This document shows, one piece after another, positions 60,075 through 64,000 of a stretch of 64,000 nucleotides of DNA. Below the pieces are notes generated by a model, which did no database searches, had not been told where the DNA came from, and saw only the letters and a program-made list of their open reading frames with translations. Position 1 is the first letter of the stretch; every line of letters starts with the position of its first letter. The DNA is from the human T2T-CHM13v2.0 reference genome, Homo sapiens. The DNA is taken from the NCBI RefSeq assembly GCF_009914755.1, contig NC_060933.1. One strand, 5' to 3'. Both the position numbers and the translations under genes were made by a program.

Positions 60075-60650
60075 TTCTTCATTGAGCAACTACTACTGAC
60101 CAGTAACTATTCAAGGCCCCCACGATAAGCTGGTAAATTCATGAGATGTGATCTTGGCCTCATAGATACTGCAGTTAGTTTAGTAGGAGAGAGTCGATAG
60201 TCAAATAATTACTTAAATACTTGTAAAATTAAAACCATTGTGCCACAGTCTTTGGTCCTACGAAAGCATGTGACACGTCCATAAAAGTCTCACTGAGGAA
60301 ATAACAAAGCTATGACCTGAGGTTACATAGAAATTAGGTGAAAGGATGAGAGCTGAGGATAGGATTTAGCGATCAAAGAATTACACATCTGAAGAAAGAG
60401 AAAAAGGCTAGGGTGGCTGCAGCACAGTCTCAGGGATAGTCTAGTGGGAGATGAAGCTGAACACTAGCAAGGACCAAGTCCTTTAAGATCTTGTGGCCTC
60501 ATTAAACTCTCTCTTTCCTCCTCAACTTCCTCTTCTTCCTACTCCCACCAATAGGGTACCCTTGAAAGGTTTTAATCAAGGAGATAGAGGGTACTGTAGT
60601 CAAATGTGACAGGAATTGATTTCATATTAAAAATCTCAGGTATGCAGAAA
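60075..60650 (-). mobile_element. L2 fragment
   Basis: cattgagcaactactact...ggctagggtggctgcagcacagt...gagatgaagctg. Confidence 0.6.
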
Positions 60651-61375
60651 TGCAACTTACTCAACCTCTGCTTTTAATGGAGTTTCAAGTCTTGGAAGCA
60701 AAAAGATTTAAGGAGTCACTTTCAGGACTTCTCAGTCTAATTCAGTGTGAACATTATATTGTAAACACAGAGCACAGAATGAGATCAAAGAACAAGTTTA
60801 CATTTTACTTTTGTGGCTCATTAAATCTGCTCCTTGGGGCTGCCGCTTCTACTGCCCCTGGATGACTTCTCTGATCAACCTTGAATAGAAATAATTCCTA
60901 CAGTCATTTTAAGTGGCAATGCCCATCAAATCTGTAATTAAATATCAACTTTGCAATAGCAAAAGATTTCAAACTTTTAAAAAATTAACATGTCTTCCCA
61001 CCCAAGCCCAGTTTTACTGCTTGCAGAAAGCTGTAGTGGGGAAGCAGGAACTTGTATACATTTTTCTCTTGGCCTCTGGCATTTCTAAGCCTCCCCAGCT
61101 TGCTAACTGCATTGTGCTTTCTTATCTCTGTCCACTCCTTTATGATTCAAGATGCATCTGGAGAACTGTCATTCAGTAGACATTAGAGAAAAATGGGTAC
61201 ATGGGGACAGTGGCACCTGTATGGGCCTTAAGGTGAAAAGGAGACCGTTTGTATTTATAAGGCCATATTAAGGATTATAGGTTTTATTATTAAGGATAAT
61301 GAGGAACCAGCAAACCAGCAAATGGTTTTAGTCATGAGGTGTCACAGACATGTTTGCATTTTAAAAGAATTACTT

Positions 61376-61616
61376 CACTTTGGGAGGCCGAGGTGGGCGG
61401 ATCACGAGGTCAGGAGATCGAGACCATCCTGGCTAACACGGTGAAACCCCATCTCTACTAAAAGTACAAAACATTAGCCGGGCGTGGTGGCGGGCACCTG
61501 TAGTCCCAGCTACTCGGGAGGCTAAGGCAGGAGAATGGCGTGAACCCGGGAGGCGGAGCTTGCAGTGAGCCGAGAGCCTGGGCGACAGCGAGACTCCTTC
61601 TCAAAAAAAAAAAAAA

Positions 61617-61645
<29 letters not shown>
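61376..61645 (+). mobile_element. 5'-truncated AluY with an 18-bp internal deletion
   Basis: Starts at cactttgggagg; gccgaga|gcctggg lacks tcgcgccactgcactcca; (gaaaaa)n tail; TSD aattactt. Confidence 0.93.
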
Positions 61646-61647
<2 letters not shown>

Positions 61648-63708
61648 TTACTTTTGTGGTTGAATTACCTCATCTGGTTGGGTGGACAGTCAGACATGGC
61701 TCTTAGTACAGCAGGTATGTACCTAGTAGGAAAAAAAATTGTCCTCCTCCCCCCACACAGGGCAGACAAGCTAAAAATCTTAGCAAAAGATTTGTATGGA
61801 TCTGTCAAACGGTCTTTTGTTTAGGTAGTTACAGAGAACATGAAGAAAGGGCATTCACCAGGAGTCGTCCCGCTGGTTGACCGAATAGAGTCCTGGTCAG
61901 ATTCAATAGCTAGGCTTAGCTAAATGGGAAGGCAGAGCTTCTGGAGTATCACTATCACTGTTTCTACATTGCTCTGGCCCACAGAAAACCATGGCTTAGA
62001 GAAAAATAAACCTGGAATGTCACACTGGAACATGGCGCTAATTTAGACAATCTGCTTATTTTCCAAGGAACTGGTAGTTAAATACAGACTGTTTATTGTT
62101 CTAAATTTTAAATTTAAATTTTCAGCTTTGTTGCTATTTTTAATGAAATATCCTTTTAAATACAAAATGTTATTCAAGAATCTCAGTTGCTTTTATTTAG
62201 AATATCTGAAATTCTTAAGTAACAGCCTACAAAGATAGAAAATTTTTAATTGGTTCTATTTGTCACCCTGCCTAAAGAACTTTTATAAATTCAGTATTCA
62301 AAAGGAGAAATATTAAATAAAAAGGTAAAACAATCATGTGATTAACAATAAGCTAATTAAAAAAATAAAAACATCAGGTAAGATTTAAGTTCCTTTTAAG
62401 TAGTAATTCTTCAGTCTGAGTGGTTATCAAAAGCAGGTGAACAGGTTGAAATAAATACAGATGGATTTAAATTCACTAGGTCTGGAGTAGAAACCAGGTG
62501 TTGAGCGGTATGGCTATATTTGGAGGAAGAATAATAGATGAAGCAACTTAGATGTCCCTGAGTTGATAGTTGTTCATTTTGAAGGTAGAAGATTATTTTA
62601 ATTTTATATTAAAATTAGCTTGAAAGCAGTATAACTCTACTTTTGTATTTTGAATTTTCCAGAAAGAAGTTTTTATAAAAAGCAACAAAACTTCTCAACT
62701 CTGAGGAATTCAGGCTTAGAAACTAATGAGTTAGATTATGGCATAGGATTCAATTAATTTATGTTGGATTCTGAAGAAAATTCGAGAATTTACTTTTTAG
62801 TATTTGTATAGGAAAAGCATTCAGCATGCTTTGACAAGGATCTTTGCACTGGTTTGGTGGTGGCTGTGCAAATAGCACCACCAAGCTGCTGTCATGATTT
62901 ATTTAGAGAGAAGTAATCTATGACTCATGTAACAATATAATAATTTCAAAAAATGTAACTTTATCCCATAATCTCTTTGTGTACTTAAATTTTAAACTGT
63001 ATAACTACTTAATGCTCTCGGGGCATATTTGGGATGGGTCACAAATTCACAATTTGTAAATAGTATTTCATGAATAAAACTCTCTTTGGAAACATTGCTG
63101 GTAACATATTAGAACTTCAGCTTTAGTGACAAAATTGATCAATTAATAAAATAACTGAATTTTTAAAAATATATATTAAGTTCTTCACTTTAAAAAGTTT
63201 TTCTTCATCTGAATGAATTGCACTTTTCCCAGTAATACAAGCCACAGTTGCAGCATTTGACAATATGCAAAAATTATACTATATTCCTATTTATCTGGTT
63301 ACGTAGAAATTGACAGTCAGAAACATGACTTTGAATTATGTTATAGCCCACAGAGAAAATTATCAAGCGCATCTTAACATTTCTAGTAGTGTTCTTTCTT
63401 TTGCCACATTAAATAACAAACATACAGTGTTTAACATGCACATTTCCTCCTTACCTCTGTTCCAGAGTGAAAACTTGCCCCTATTTTTGCTCTTCTCAAG
63501 AGGAATCAATTTAAAAATTATTGGTAGACTTAGAGAACACCCTTGGACTTTTCTGTTTCGGTAACTGTCATGATAGTGACAGTAAGGCTATGGCGAAACT
63601 TACTGCTATTCCCACATTACTCTTTTGGGTTAGCAATCTGAATTTAATTTCATTCACTCCCTTCATATTATAGAAATTACTTGAGTGCCTATTTGTACAA
63701 AGTCCAGG

Positions 63709-64000
63709 TGAATTTGTTTCTTATTGCTACCATAATACATTATATACACATTACAAATATAGTAGCTTGAAAGAACACAAATTTGTTATTGTACAGTTTT
63801 GGAGGTTGGAAATCCAATATCAACCTCACTATGCTAAAGTCAAGGTGTCAGCAAAGCTGGTTCTTTCTGGAGGTCCTGAGGGGACAGTCCATTTCCTTAC
63901 CTTTTTCAGCTTCTAGAGGCTGCCTGCATGCCTTGTCTTGTGGCTTACGGGCATCATTCCTAGCTTTTGCTTCCTTTCTCATATCTCCTACTACTAACTC
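63709..64000 (-). mobile_element. MLT1 (D/E-type) MaLR LTR, runs off the window
   Basis: acagttttggaggttggaaatccaa...caaggtgtcagcaaagctggttctttctggagg...cagcttctagaggctgcc. Confidence 0.85.

Noticed and set aside
62854-62884. ttggtggtg...caccaccaa hairpin
   Set aside because: A 9-bp low-complexity stem is within chance expectation

Overview
AT-rich hominoid (almost certainly human-type) genomic DNA with no recognisable protein-coding gene, and no tRNA, rRNA or CRISPR. Roughly half is transposon-derived. The main elements are: a full-length young LINE-1 (L1PA2/L1PA3-type, 22372-28417, +) with an open 338-aa ORF1, an extended antisense ORF0 and a broken ORF2; an older 5'-complete but 3'-truncated L1 (4578-10079) with a tandem-repeat 5' region; a HAL1-like and an L1MC-like relic; eight Alus, including a young AluYe-like copy; a nested ERVL/LTR16/MLT2/L1 cluster; MER30; and many L2/MIR fragments. 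I found no convincing new gene system. The most unusual sequence-level signals are a ~113-bp inverted templated copy of a nearby L2 segment (35100-35212 vs 36531-36644), a tailless internal L1 fragment in the loop of a reconstructed hairpin (51992-52236), tiny TSD-flanked poly(A) insertions, a well-formed pair of minus-strand non-coding exons (29139-29768), and two co-oriented CTCF motifs, one with the upstream module. Repeat subfamily names come from recalled consensus sequences, and old-repeat boundaries are approximate.
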